From the NCBI GenBank assembly GCA_963843975.1, contig CAWJMG010000003.1, positions 2,400,001 through 2,432,000 on the forward strand: a stretch of DNA of 32,000 bases. Reading direction: 5' to 3'. The DNA is from an uncultured Actinomycetes bacterium. GTDB lineage: Bacteria > Actinomycetota > Actinomycetes > S36-B12 > CAIYMF01. Both the position numbers and the translations under genes were made by a program. The notes beneath the pieces were generated by a model. That model was not told the origin of the DNA, searched no databases, and saw nothing but the letters and a program-made list of their open reading frames with translations. How positions within the stretch are numbered: position 1 is the stretch's first letter; the number at the start of each line of letters is the position of its first letter. Of the stretch, positions 1-8,668 are shown piece after piece.

Positions 1-615
1 AGTGGAACGACCCGAAGATCGCCGCGGCGAACTCCGGCGTGACGCTCCCCGACGCGACCATCGCGCAGTTCCACCGCAGCGACGAGTCGGGCACCACGGA
101 CAACTTCACCAAGTTCCTCAAGGCCCAGGCAGCCAGCCTGTGGACCTACGAGGGAGGCAAGGCCTGGACCGCCCCCGGGGGCCAGGGCGCCAAGGGCTCT
201 GACGGTGTCGCCACCGCGGTGAAGGACACCAAGAACTCGATCGGCTACGTCGAGCTCTCCTTCGCGCTCGATGGCAGCCTCAAGACCGCGTCGGTCGACA
301 ACGGCGGCGGCGCGATCGAGCCGACCTCGGAGACCGCCGCGAAGACGATCTCGGGCGCCACGATCAAGGGCACGGGCAACAACCTGGCCCTGTCGATCGA
401 CTACAGCGTCAAGGACGGCTACCCGATCGTGCTGCTGACCTACGAGATCACCTGCGAGAAGGGCCTCACCGGCACCGACCTCGACCTCACCAAGGCGTTC
501 CTCACCTTCACCGCCAGCGAGGAGGGCCAGGCCAAGCTGCACGGAGATCGGCTACGTCCCCATCGCGGGCGACCTGATCACGAAGGTTCGCGCCGCGGTC
601 TCCGCCATCGCCTGA
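1..615 (+). pseudogene. pstS: Phosphate ABC transporter substrate-binding protein PstS, 3' portion (5' end outside window); reading frame interrupted near nt 540
   Basis: Translation from nt 3 (WNDPKIAAANSGVTLPDATIAQFHRSDESGTTDNFTKFL...SIGYVELSFA...PIVLLTYEITC) looks like the C-terminal half of PstS and is followed by pstC-pstA-pstB. After ...ASEEGQAKL (nt 537-539) the listed ORF continues as Arg/His-rich text to 680. The next frame reads (T)EIGYVPIAGDLITKVRAAVSAIA-stop (TGA 613-615) with high GC3, which implies one extra base around nt 540. Confidence 0.85.
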
Positions 616-627
616 CCCGGCTAGTGT

Positions 628-665
628 CTCCAGGGGTGGCGGGCTGCGGCCTGCCACCCCTGGAG
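628..665 (+). terminator. Intercistronic stem-loop between pstS and pstC (perfect 13-bp stem, 12-nt loop); possible partial terminator or RNA-stability element
   Basis: CTCCAGGGGTGGC (628-640) and GCCACCCCTGGAG (653-665) are exact reverse complements. It lies 13 nt after the restored pstS stop and 35 nt before the pstC ATG. There is no U-tract. Confidence 0.55.
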
Positions 666-699
666 CGCATCCACTCCTGACGAACACGGCGGTCATCCG

Positions 700-1692
700 A
701 TGAGCACGGCAGTCGAGCCCCCCGGCACCCCGTCGTCGGCCCCTGCGGCGGACGACATCAAGGGACAGGCGGTGCGCCGAGGCGACCGCGTCTTCCTCGG
801 GCTCTCCCGCGGGGCGGGCGTGCTGATCCTCGCGATCATGGCCGCCATCGCCGCCTTCCTGATCTGGCGGGCGATCCCCAGCCTCCAGGCCAACACAGCC
901 AACTTCTTCACCGAGACCCAGTGGTCGCCCGACGCCAAGCCGGCGTTCTTCGGCATCGCGGCCCTGGCCTTCGGCACGCTGATGACCTCGATCATCGCCA
1001 TGCTCCTCGCCGTCCCCGTCGGGATCGGCATCGCGCTGTTCATCGCGCACTACGCCGGACGCCGGCTCGCCGCCGTCCTCGGGTTCGTCACCGACCTGCT
1101 GGCGGCGGTCCCGTCGATCATCTTCGGCATGTGGGGGCTCGCCTTCCTCATGCCGCAGATGGAGGGCCTGCTGACCTGGCTCAACGACTACCTGGGCTTC
1201 ATCCCGCTCTTCCGCAACGACCTCGACCAGTACACGCGCTCGCTCGCGATCGCCGGCATCGTCCTCGCGATCATGATCCTGCCGACCATCTCCGCGATCA
1301 GCCGCGAGGTGTTCGTCCAGACGCCGAGGGCGCACATCGAGGCCTCGCTCGCCCTCGGGGCGACGCGGTGGGAGATGGTGCGGATGGCGATCTTCCCCTT
1401 CGCCAAGCCCGGCATGATCTCCGCCTCGATGCTCGGCCTCGGCCGTGCGCTCGGCGAGACCATCGCCGTCGCGCTCATCCTGTCGGCGTCCTTCGACATC
1501 AACTGGCACATCACCGAGCCCGGTGGCACGACCTTCGCGGCGAACATCGCGCTCAAATGGAACGAGGCAGGCCCCATCGGCCTCTCGGCCCTCATCGCCA
1601 GCGGTCTCGTGCTCTTCGTCATCACGCTCGCGGTGAACATGGCCGCCCGCATCGTCATCGCACGCCGCGCCGACTTCTCGGGGGCGAACTGA
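700..1692 (+). CDS. pstC: Phosphate ABC transporter permease PstC
   Basis: 330-aa multi-TM ORF with high GC3. It has a permease EAA-type loop (EASLALGATRWEMVRMAIFPFAKPG) and sits between pstS and pstA. Confidence 0.93.
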   Translation: MSTAVEPPGTPSSAPAADDIKGQAVRRGDRVFLGLSRGAGVLILAIMAAIAAFLIWRAIPSLQANTANFFTETQWSPDAKPAFFGIAALAFGTLMTSIIAMLLAVPVGIGIALFIAHYAGRRLAAVLGFVTDLLAAVPSIIFGMWGLAFLMPQMEGLLTWLNDYLGFIPLFRNDLDQYTRSLAIAGIVLAIMILPTISAISREVFVQTPRAHIEASLALGATRWEMVRMAIFPFAKPGMISASMLGLGRALGETIAVALILSASFDINWHITEPGGTTFAANIALKWNEAGPIGLSALIASGLVLFVITLAVNMAARIVIARRADFSGAN

Positions 1693-2792
1693 TGTCCGGC
1701 ACCACCGACCCGCGCAGCATCAGCGACGGCGACCGCGCCGAGTCCGACCGGTTGCTGCACGACGCCCTGTCCGGCGGCAAGCTTCCCCGTTGGGCCGTTC
1801 CAGCAGTGGCCGTCGTCGCCCTCGTGCTCGCCGTCCTGCTCAACCTCCTCACCTCGGTCGCCGGCATCGCCGGCACCCTGGTCGTCGCGGTGCTGCTGTT
1901 CGTCGCCCTGCAGACCCTCTGGAGCTTCCGGGTCGAGGGCCGCCGCCACGCTGTCGACCGGCTGGCCACCACCGCGGTGTACGCGACGTTCCTCATCGCG
2001 CTCGCGCCGCTCGTCGCCGTCCTGCTGACGGTGATCGTCAAGGGCGCCCAGGTCATCTCCGCGGAGTTCCTGACCACGTCCATGCGCGGGGTCTCGCCGC
2101 GCTCCGAGGGCGGCGGGCTCTACCACGCCCTGATCGGCACGCTCGAGCAGGTGGGCATCGCGGCGCTGTTCGGCGTGCCGCTCGGCGTGATGACCGCCAT
2201 CTACCTCGTCGAGTACGCGCCCAACGCGAAGAACCGTCGGCTCGCCCGCGCAGTGAGCTTCTTCGTCGACGTGATGACCGGGGTGCCGTCCGTCGTCGTC
2301 GGCCTGTTCATCTACACGGCATTCGTGCTGACGCTCGGCATGGAGCGGTCCGGCTTCGCGGCGTCGCTGGCCCTGACGATCCTGATGCTGCCGGTGATCG
2401 TGCGCTCGACCGAGGAGATGCTGCGCATCGTCCCGAACGAGCTGCGCGAGGCCTCCTTCGCCCTCGGCATCCCGAAGTGGCGCACCATCCTCAAGGTCGT
2501 GCTGCCCACCGCGCTGGGCGGCATCATCACCGGCGCGATGCTCTCGATCGCCCGCGTCGCCGGCGAGACCGCGCCGCTGCTGCTCACGACGTTCTTCACC
2601 AACTCGATCAACTACAACCCGTTCAACGGGCCCCAGGCAGCACTGCCGACCTTCATCTGGGACCAGTTCAACAGCGGCACCGTCGCCTCGCAGGACCGTG
2701 CCTGGGGCGGCGCGCTCGTGCTCATCGTCATCGTCATGCTGCTGTACGCGGGTGCGAAGCTCATCGCCCGGTTCACCGGCGTCAAGAAGTAG
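1692..2792 (+). CDS. pstA: Phosphate ABC transporter permease PstA
   Basis: ATG 1692 overlaps the pstC stop (TGATG). The 366-aa product (MSGTTDPRSISDG...) has an N-terminal extra TM region and an EAA loop (REASFALGIPKWRTILKVVLP). The listed ORF 921..2792 is an over-extension in the same frame. Confidence 0.92.
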   Translation: MSGTTDPRSISDGDRAESDRLLHDALSGGKLPRWAVPAVAVVALVLAVLLNLLTSVAGIAGTLVVAVLLFVALQTLWSFRVEGRRHAVDRLATTAVYATFLIALAPLVAVLLTVIVKGAQVISAEFLTTSMRGVSPRSEGGGLYHALIGTLEQVGIAALFGVPLGVMTAIYLVEYAPNAKNRRLARAVSFFVDVMTGVPSVVVGLFIYTAFVLTLGMERSGFAASLALTILMLPVIVRSTEEMLRIVPNELREASFALGIPKWRTILKVVLPTALGGIITGAMLSIARVAGETAPLLLTTFFTNSINYNPFNGPQAALPTFIWDQFNSGTVASQDRAWGGALVLIVIVMLLYAGAKLIARFTGVKK

Positions 2793-2822
2793 ACCCGACC
2801 CTCCGACCGAGGAACCCTCACC

Positions 2823-3602
2823 ATGGCTAAGCGCATCGACGTCACCGACCTCGACATCTTCTACGGCTCGTTCAAGGCCGTCGAGGGTGCGACGTTCTCG
2901 GTGGAGCCGCGCTCGATCACCGCCTTCATCGGCCCCTCGGGCTGCGGCAAGTCGACGGTCCTCCGCTCGCTCAACCGCATGCACGAGGTGATCCCCGGCG
3001 CCTACGTCGACGGCAAGGTGCTCCTCGACGGCGAGGACATCTACGGCTCGGACATCGACCCGGTCAACGTCCGCCGCACCATCGGCATGGTCTTCCAGCG
3101 CCCCAACCCGTTCCCGACGATGTCGATCTACGACAACGTCGTGGCGGGCCTGCGCCTCGAGGGCGGCAAGCGGCGCAAGGCCGAGATGGACGACGTCGTG
3201 GAGAAGTCGCTGCGCGGTGCCAACCTGTGGGACGAGGTCAAGGACCGCCTGGACCGCCCCGGCTCCGGCCTGTCCGGCGGTCAGCAGCAGCGCCTGTGCA
3301 TCGCGCGTGCCATCGCCGTCGAGCCTCAGGTGCTCCTCATGGACGAGCCCTGCTCGGCCCTGGACCCGATCTCGACCCTCGCTATCGAGGACCTGATGGA
3401 GGAGCTCAAGGAGCGCTTCACCATCGTCATCGTCACGCACAACATGCAGCAGGCCGCCCGGGTCTCGGACACGACGGCCTTCTTCAACCTCTCCGGCGTC
3501 GGCAAGCCCGGCCGCCTGGTGGAGATGGCCACCACCGAGACCATGTTCAGCAACCCGACCCAGCAGGCGACCGAGGACTACATCTCGGGCCGCTTCGGCT
3601 GA
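2823..3602 (+). CDS. pstB: Phosphate ABC transporter ATP-binding protein PstB
   Basis: Walker [10 protein letters not shown], signature LSGGQQQRL, Walker [13 protein letters not shown]-loop VTHNM, and a PstB-style C-terminus ([10 protein letters not shown]). A GAGGA Shine-Dalgarno lies upstream. Confidence 0.96.
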   Translation: MAKRIDVTDLDIFYGSFKAVEGATFSVEPRSITAFIGPSGCGKSTVLRSLNRMHEVIPGAYVDGKVLLDGEDIYGSDIDPVNVRRTIGMVFQRPNPFPTMSIYDNVVAGLRLEGGKRRKAEMDDVVEKSLRGANLWDEVKDRLDRPGSGLSGGQQQRLCIARAIAVEPQVLLMDEPCSALDPISTLAIEDLMEELKERFTIVIVTHNMQQAARVSDTTAFFNLSGVGKPGRLVEMATTETMFSNPTQQATEDYISGRFG

Positions 3603-3622
3603 GCCACCCCGATCCCCGCGAC

Positions 3623-3650
3623 GGGGCCCCGCCTACGCTGGCGGGGCCCC
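3623..3650 (+). terminator. GC-rich hairpin after pstB (perfect 11-bp stem, 6-nt loop)
   Basis: GGGGCCCCGCC (3623-3633), loop TACGCT, GGCGGGGCCCC (3640-3650). It starts 21 nt after the pstB stop. No U-tail, as is common for actinobacterial terminators. Confidence 0.6.
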
Positions 3651-3672
3651 GTCGCCGTCCCCAGGAGCCCCC

Positions 3673-3954
3673 GTGCTGACCCACGTCGTGTCGTTCACGC
3701 TCACCGACCCCGCAGACGCCGCCGAGGGCGCCCAGCGCATCGAGGCCCTCGGCCCGCAGATCGAGGCGATCCGGTCCATCGTCGCCGGCGTGGACATGCT
3801 GGGGGACCCGGGCGCCGCCCACCTCGTGCTCATCTCCACCCACGACGACGTCGAGGGTCTGCGCGCCTACCAGGACCACCCGGTGCACCAGGAGTTCGGC
3901 ACCTGGGTCCGCGCCCGCACCGCCGCCAAGACCGTCGTCGACTTCGAGTCCTGA
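3673..3954 (+). CDS. Dabb (stress-responsive alpha/beta-barrel) domain protein
   Basis: 93 aa with a GTG start. MLTHVVSFTL...VEGLRAYQDHPVHQEF matches the Dabb-family pattern (HVV.F.L, Y..HP.H..F). Confidence 0.8.
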   Translation: MLTHVVSFTLTDPADAAEGAQRIEALGPQIEAIRSIVAGVDMLGDPGAAHLVLISTHDDVEGLRAYQDHPVHQEFGTWVRARTAAKTVVDFES

Positions 3955-4141
3955 GGCCTGCCCAACCCCGGCCGAATTCGCCCCTGAGGGTCACGCGGCG
4001 CCCTTCACGGGCACTCTCGTGACCGCAACTCGCCCTGGCCGACACCGCTCGTCGTGCGGGATCGACCGTCTGTCACAGCCGAGCCACCCGTTTGGGGGGT
4101 TCCGGGCGTGTCGCCCCGGAGGCTCGGCTACCGTCTGCCCC

Positions 4142-4384
4142 GTGACCGCCCCGCTTCCCCCGGACGGCCGCCCCCCGACGCACGAGGTGCGCATCGAGGA
4201 CGGTCGGTTCACCCACGCTGCCTGCACCTGCGGCTGGCGCAGCGCCGGGCGCCGGGACCGTCGCGGCGTCCGCACGGAGGCACGCGACCACGCCCTGCTC
4301 TACGCCGGGCAGGCCACGGTCACCGAGACCGTCGACATCAGCGACACCGCGGTGACGCGGCGCTCCACGCGCTCCGCGTCCTAA
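4142..4384 (+). CDS. Small hypothetical protein (about 80 aa) with a C-x-C motif
   Basis: In the listed ORF 4019..4384, GC3 is poor before about 4140 (gca, act, cct, cga, tca, ttt, tgt) and near-uniform after GTG 4142 (VTAPLPPDGRPPTHEVRIEDGRFTHAACTCGWRS...). No family recognised and the start is uncertain. Confidence 0.45.
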   Translation: MTAPLPPDGRPPTHEVRIEDGRFTHAACTCGWRSAGRRDRRGVRTEARDHALLYAGQATVTETVDISDTAVTRRSTRSAS

Positions 4385-4393
4385 CCGGTCGTC

Positions 4394-5179
4394 CTACCCG
4401 GTCGTCCGCGTCCGCGCGGCCTGCTCGCGGGCCTTGCGCAGGTTGCGCAGCCCCTGCTCCCAGAACACCGGTGCCGCCCTGAGAACGACGTCGGGCATCC
4501 CGGCCATCAGCCGCACCTGGGCGCCCCGCCAGTGCGGCACGCTCGTGACGAGCCTCGGTCGGGCGAGGACGTCGACGACCCGCTCCGCCACCTGGGCCGG
4601 GGTCACGAGCCGCGGCGCGGAGAACGACAGCGCCAGCGCGTCGTCGTCGAGGACGTCCGTGAGCATCGGGGTCAGCATGCCGTCGGGGCAGACCGCGGTG
4701 AGGTCGACGTCGCGGACGCCCTGGGCACGCAGCTCGGCCTGGAGGCCGAGGGTGAAGGACAGGACGCCCGCCTTGGTCGCGGCGTAGAGCGCCTCACCCG
4801 GCACAGGGACCCACGAGGCGAGCGATGCGATCTGCACGACATGGCCGCCGCCGTTCGCCCGCATCGAGGCCACCGCTGCCCGGGTGCCGTGGACGACGCC
4901 GAGCAGGTTCACGCGGACCACTCGGTCCACGATCTCGTCCGGCTGCGTGGCGGCATCGCCCGCGCCGAGGACGCCGGCGTTGTTGATCCACACCCGCGGA
5001 TGCAGCTCGTCGGCCAGCGCCCGGCACGCGGCCGGGTCGGTGACGTCGAGGACGCGGTCGGCCCCCTGGAGATCGGCGCCCACGACGTCGTAGCCCTCAC
5101 GGGTCAGGCGCTCGACCAGGACACGACCGAGGCCCCCTGCCGCGCCGGTGACGACGGCGGCACGACCGTCGCCCGGCAT
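4394..5179 (-). CDS. Short-chain dehydrogenase/reductase (SDR) family oxidoreductase
   Basis: TGAAGGLG cofactor motif, NNAG, catalytic YAATK. Its ATG (5179) overlaps the glgC stop by 1 nt. Confidence 0.9.
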   Translation of the reverse strand: MPGDGRAAVVTGAAGGLGRVLVERLTREGYDVVGADLQGADRVLDVTDPAACRALADELHPRVWINNAGVLGAGDAATQPDEIVDRVVRVNLLGVVHGTRAAVASMRANGGGHVVQIASLASWVPVPGEALYAATKAGVLSFTLGLQAELRAQGVRDVDLTAVCPDGMLTPMLTDVLDDDALALSFSAPRLVTPAQVAERVVDVLARPRLVTSVPHWRGAQVRLMAGMPDVVLRAAPVFWEQGLRNLRKAREQAARTRTTG

Positions 5180-6402
5180 CAGCTGACTTCGACCTTCTGG
5201 CCCTTGCCGACGACGACGATCCCGCTGTCGCTCACCGTGTAGCGCTCGCGGTCGGTCTCGAGGTTGACGCCGATCTGCGCGCCGTCGGGCACGATCACGT
5301 TCTTGTCGAGGATGGCCCGGCGGATGACGGCGCCGCGGCCGATCTTCACGCCGTTCATGACGACCGCGCCCTCGACGTACGCGCCCTCACGGATGTTGAC
5401 GTCGTAGGACAGCACGGAGTTGCGCACGTGCGCGCCCGCGACGATCGAGCCCGCGCCGACCATGGACTCGTGCGAGTTGCCGCCCTCGACGAACTTGGCC
5501 GGAGGCAGCGGCGGCAGGTGGGACAGGATCGGCCACTGCCGGTTGTAGAGGTTGAAGATCGGGTGCACGGACACGAGGTCCATGTGCGCGTCGTGGTAGG
5601 CGTCGAGCGTCCCGACGTCGCGCCAGTAGCCGCGGTCGCGGTCGGTCGAGCCGGGGACCTCGTTCTCGTCGAAGTCGTAGACGTTGGCCATCCCCTGCGA
5701 CACGAGCATCGGGATGATGTTGCCGCCCATGTCGTGGACCGAGCCCTCGTCGCCGGCGTCGATCCGGAGGGCCTCGACCAGGACGTCGGTCGTGAAGATG
5801 TAGTTGCCCATCGACGCGTAGACGTGGTCGGGGTCGCCAGGGATCGTGACCGGGTCGAGCGGCTTCTCCACGAAGCGGTTGATGCCGCGGCCGTCGGCTG
5901 CCGTCTCGATGACGCCGAACTGGTACGCCTGCTCCTTCGGCACCCGGATGCCTGCGACCGTCACGCCCGCACCGGACGCGATGTGCTGGTCGAGCATCTG
6001 CTGCGGGTCCATGCGGTAGACGTGGTCGGCACCGAAGACCACGACGTACTTCGGGCTCTCGTCGTACACGAGGTTGAGGCTCTGGAAGATCGCGTCGGCT
6101 GAACCGGTGAACCAGCGCGGGCCGAGGCGCTGCTGCGCCGGCACCGGGGTGATGTAGTTCCCGAGCAGCGTGGACATGCGCCAGGTGGTCGTGATGTGGC
6201 GGTCCAGGGAGTGGCTCTTGTACTGCGTGAGCACGCAGATACGCAGGTATCCCGCGTTCACGAGGTTCGACAGGACGAAGTCGACGAGCCGGTACGCACC
6301 ACCGAACGGGACGGCCGGTTTGGCCCGATCCGCCGTCAGGGGCATCAGTCGCTTGCCCTCGCCGCCGGCGAGCACGATTCCCAGGACGTCACGGTTGGCC
6401 AC
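5179..6402 (-). CDS. glgC: Glucose-1-phosphate adenylyltransferase (ADP-glucose pyrophosphorylase)
   Basis: [29 protein letters not shown]-terminal signature, with a left-handed beta-helix C-terminus. The start is placed at GTG 6402 ([14 protein letters not shown]). The 45-codon upstream extension of ORF 5179..6537 overlaps the divergent gene region and looks non-coding. Confidence 0.9.
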   Translation of the reverse strand: MANRDVLGIVLAGGEGKRLMPLTADRAKPAVPFGGAYRLVDFVLSNLVNAGYLRICVLTQYKSHSLDRHITTTWRMSTLLGNYITPVPAQQRLGPRWFTGSADAIFQSLNLVYDESPKYVVVFGADHVYRMDPQQMLDQHIASGAGVTVAGIRVPKEQAYQFGVIETAADGRGINRFVEKPLDPVTIPGDPDHVYASMGNYIFTTDVLVEALRIDAGDEGSVHDMGGNIIPMLVSQGMANVYDFDENEVPGSTDRDRGYWRDVGTLDAYHDAHMDLVSVHPIFNLYNRQWPILSHLPPLPPAKFVEGGNSHESMVGAGSIVAGAHVRNSVLSYDVNIREGAYVEGAVVMNGVKIGRGAVIRRAILDKNVIVPDGAQIGVNLETDRERYTVSDSGIVVVGKGQKVEVS

Positions 6403-6514
6403 GCGCTCACAGTAGACCGGGATGCCCTGGTGTGTACCGCGATGCGCGCCGTGGTTCGCGACTGCTCCGGCGCAGTCCGCACACGGTCCGGGCAGGGCCC
6501 CTAGGCTGACGCCC

Positions 6515-7690
6515 GTGCTGCGCGTAGGGATCCTCACCCGTGAATGGCCGCCCGACGTCTACGGCGGTGCCGGCGTCCATGTCGAGGAGCTCGTCCGCGA
6601 GCTCCGGCCGCTCGCCGACGTGCGCGTCCACGCCTTCGGGCACTCGCGCACCGGCGCCATCGGCCACCAGGTCCCGGCCGCCTTCGACAAGGCGAACGCC
6701 GCCCTTCAGACCCTCGCGGTCGACCTCGACATGGTGCGGGTCCTCGACCAGGTCGACGTCGTCCACTCGCACACCTGGTACACCAACCTCGCCGGCCACC
6801 TCGCCGCCGAGCTCTGGAAGGTGCCGCACGTCGTCACCGCCCACTCCCTCGAGCCCCGCAGGCCGTGGAAGGAGGAGCAGCTCGGCGGCGGCTACCGCAT
6901 CTCGTCCTGGGTCGAGGCGTCGGCGTACCGCGAGGCCGCCGCGATCATCGCGGTCTCCGAGGGCATGCGTCTCGACGTCATCGACGCCTACCCCTTCGTG
7001 GAGCCCGAGCGCGTCCATGTCGTCCGTAACGGCATCGACACGGTGGCCTGGCAGCCGCGCGAGTCGAGCGACCTCATCGAGGCGTACGGCATCGACATGA
7101 CCCGGCCGTTCGTCGTGTTCGTCGGGCGCATCACGCGGCAGAAGGGCATCAAGCACCTGCTGGCCGCGGCCGCGCACTTCGACCCGGCCGTGCAGCTCGT
7201 GTTCTGCGCGTCCGCCCCGGACACCCCGGAGATCGGGCACGAGACGGCAGAGGCCATCGCGACCCTGCGCGAGACCCGCGACGTCGTCTGGATCCAGGAG
7301 CACGCGGCCCGTCCCGTGGTGCAGCAGCTGCTCACCCACGCGGTCGCGTTCCTCTGCCCCTCGGTCTACGAGCCGCTCGGCATCGTCAACCTCGAGGCCA
7401 TGGCGTGCGAGACCGCAGTCGTGGCGTCCGACGTCGGCGGCATCCCCGAGGTGGTCGTGGACGGCGAGACCGGTCTGCTGGTGCACTACGACGCCGACGA
7501 CGAGGAAGGCTTCCGGCTGCGCTTCGCAGAGGCCGTCAACTCGCTCGTGGCCGACCGCGAGCGCGCCCGAGCCATGGGTGTGAAGGGCCGAGCACGCGTC
7601 ATCGCCGAGTTCGGCTGGCACGTCATCGCCCAGCAGACGATCGAGGTCTACCTCGCGGCCGGCGCCGTCCCGGGAGCCCCTACGCCGTGA
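6515..7690 (+). CDS. glgA: GT4 ADP-glucose-dependent glucosyltransferase, actinobacterial GlgA/GlgM type (glycogen synthase / alpha-maltose-1-phosphate synthase)
   Basis: [26 protein letters not shown]...[15 protein letters not shown]...[19 protein letters not shown]...[24 protein letters not shown]. It is divergent from glgC. The start is placed at GTG 6515. Whether it is classical GlgA or GlgM cannot be decided by eye. Confidence 0.88.
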   Translation: MLRVGILTREWPPDVYGGAGVHVEELVRELRPLADVRVHAFGHSRTGAIGHQVPAAFDKANAALQTLAVDLDMVRVLDQVDVVHSHTWYTNLAGHLAAELWKVPHVVTAHSLEPRRPWKEEQLGGGYRISSWVEASAYREAAAIIAVSEGMRLDVIDAYPFVEPERVHVVRNGIDTVAWQPRESSDLIEAYGIDMTRPFVVFVGRITRQKGIKHLLAAAAHFDPAVQLVFCASAPDTPEIGHETAEAIATLRETRDVVWIQEHAARPVVQQLLTHAVAFLCPSVYEPLGIVNLEAMACETAVVASDVGGIPEVVVDGETGLLVHYDADDEEGFRLRFAEAVNSLVADRERARAMGVKGRARVIAEFGWHVIAQQTIEVYLAAGAVPGAPTP

Positions 7691-8628
7691 CCGTGTTCGA
7701 GACTCCGCCGGTCGCGCAGGTCGACCGGCGGCCGGTGCTCGGCTACGCCACGTATCTCGTAGCAGCCACGCTGTTCGCCCTCAACGGGTCGGTCAGCAAG
7801 TTCCTTCTCCTCGGCGGCGTGCCGTGGCAGCGGCTGTCGCAGCTGCGCGTCACGCTCGCGTTCCTCATCCTCTTCGTGGTCGTGCTGCTGGTACGCCGCA
7901 GCGGGCTGCGGCTGCGGCGGTCCGAGGTCGGCAGGATCGCGGTCTACGGAATCCTCGGCATCGCCGCGACGCAGTCGCTCTACTTCCTCGGCATCCAGCG
8001 ACTCGCCGTCGGTGTCGCTCTCCTCATCGAGTTCACCGCGCCGATCATGGTCGCCCTGTGGTTCCGCTTCGTCATGCGCGAGCCGGTGCGCGACCGCGTC
8101 TTCCTCGCGCTCCTGCTCGCCCTCACGGGTCTCGCGATGGTCGCCCAGGTGTGGGCCGGGTTCTCCCTCGACGCCGTCGGGGTCGCCGCCTCGGTCGGCG
8201 CAGCCGTCGCTCTCGCGCTCTACTACGTGCTCGGCGAGAAGCTCGTCGCCGACCGCGATCCCGTCTCGTTGACGATGTGGGGCTTCGCCTTCGCCGCGGC
8301 GTTCTGGGCCGTCGTGCAGCCCTGGTGGTCGTTCCCCTGGGACACCCTCGACATCACGGCGCGGCCTTTCGGTGACGACGGCGCCGCGGTCCCCGGCTGG
8401 GCCCTCATCGCGTACATGGTCGTGCTCGGCACCGTCGTGCCCTTCGCCCTGGTGCTGCAGTCGCTGCGCCATCTGCGCGCGACCCAGGCCTCGGTCGTCG
8501 GCATGACCGAGCCGCTCATCGCCTCGCTCATCGCCTTCGTGCTCCTCGGCGAGGTGCTGACGCCGGTGCAGATCCTGGGCGGCGCCGTGGTGCTCACCGG
8601 CGTCCTGCTGGCCGAGACGTCGCGCTGA
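7687..8628 (+). CDS. EamA/DMT-family transporter
   Basis: About 313 aa with about 10 predicted TM helices in a two-repeat layout. GTG 7687 overlaps the glgA stop (GTGA). The upstream part of ORF 7405..8628 is Arg-rich overlap with glgA. Confidence 0.8.
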   Translation: MTVFETPPVAQVDRRPVLGYATYLVAATLFALNGSVSKFLLLGGVPWQRLSQLRVTLAFLILFVVVLLVRRSGLRLRRSEVGRIAVYGILGIAATQSLYFLGIQRLAVGVALLIEFTAPIMVALWFRFVMREPVRDRVFLALLLALTGLAMVAQVWAGFSLDAVGVAASVGAAVALALYYVLGEKLVADRDPVSLTMWGFAFAAAFWAVVQPWWSFPWDTLDITARPFGDDGAAVPGWALIAYMVVLGTVVPFALVLQSLRHLRATQASVVGMTEPLIASLIAFVLLGEVLTPVQILGGAVVLTGVLLAETSR

Positions 8629-8668
8629 CCCGACTCCGCCAGGTGCGCGCGGCTGGTTGGATCGGGGC

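Noticed and set aside
530-560. Programmed ribosomal frameshifting as an explanation for the pstS, glycosyltransferase and kinase frame breaks
   Set aside because: No slippery heptamer (X XXY YYZ type) or rare/stop codon sits at the shift sites. The directions differ (+1, +1, -1). The affected gene families are not known to use recoding. Indels (real or artefactual) are the simpler explanation.
1188-3440. 750-aa minus-strand ORF spanning pstC-pstA-pstB
   Set aside because: It is antisense to three genes with unmistakable ABC-transporter motifs. Its translation is Arg/Asp/Gly/His-rich low-complexity text, typical of open antisense frames in very GC-rich DNA.
3955-4141. Possible structured RNA or riboswitch in the non-coding stretch before the small ORF (GGTCACG-N22-CGTGACC; GCCGAGCC-N35-GGCTCGGC)
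   Set aside because: The arms are short and compatible with chance in GC-rich DNA, and they match no riboswitch class I can recognise by eye. I kept this only as support for moving the ORF start to 4142.
6403-6537. N-terminal extensions of glgC (to 6537) and glgA (from 6422) given in the ORF track
   Set aside because: The two extensions overlap each other on opposite strands. They lack family-conserved sequence, whereas GTG 6402 and GTG 6515 give N-termini matching the conserved GlgC (..[14 protein letters not shown]) and GlgA (..[11 protein letters not shown]) starts.
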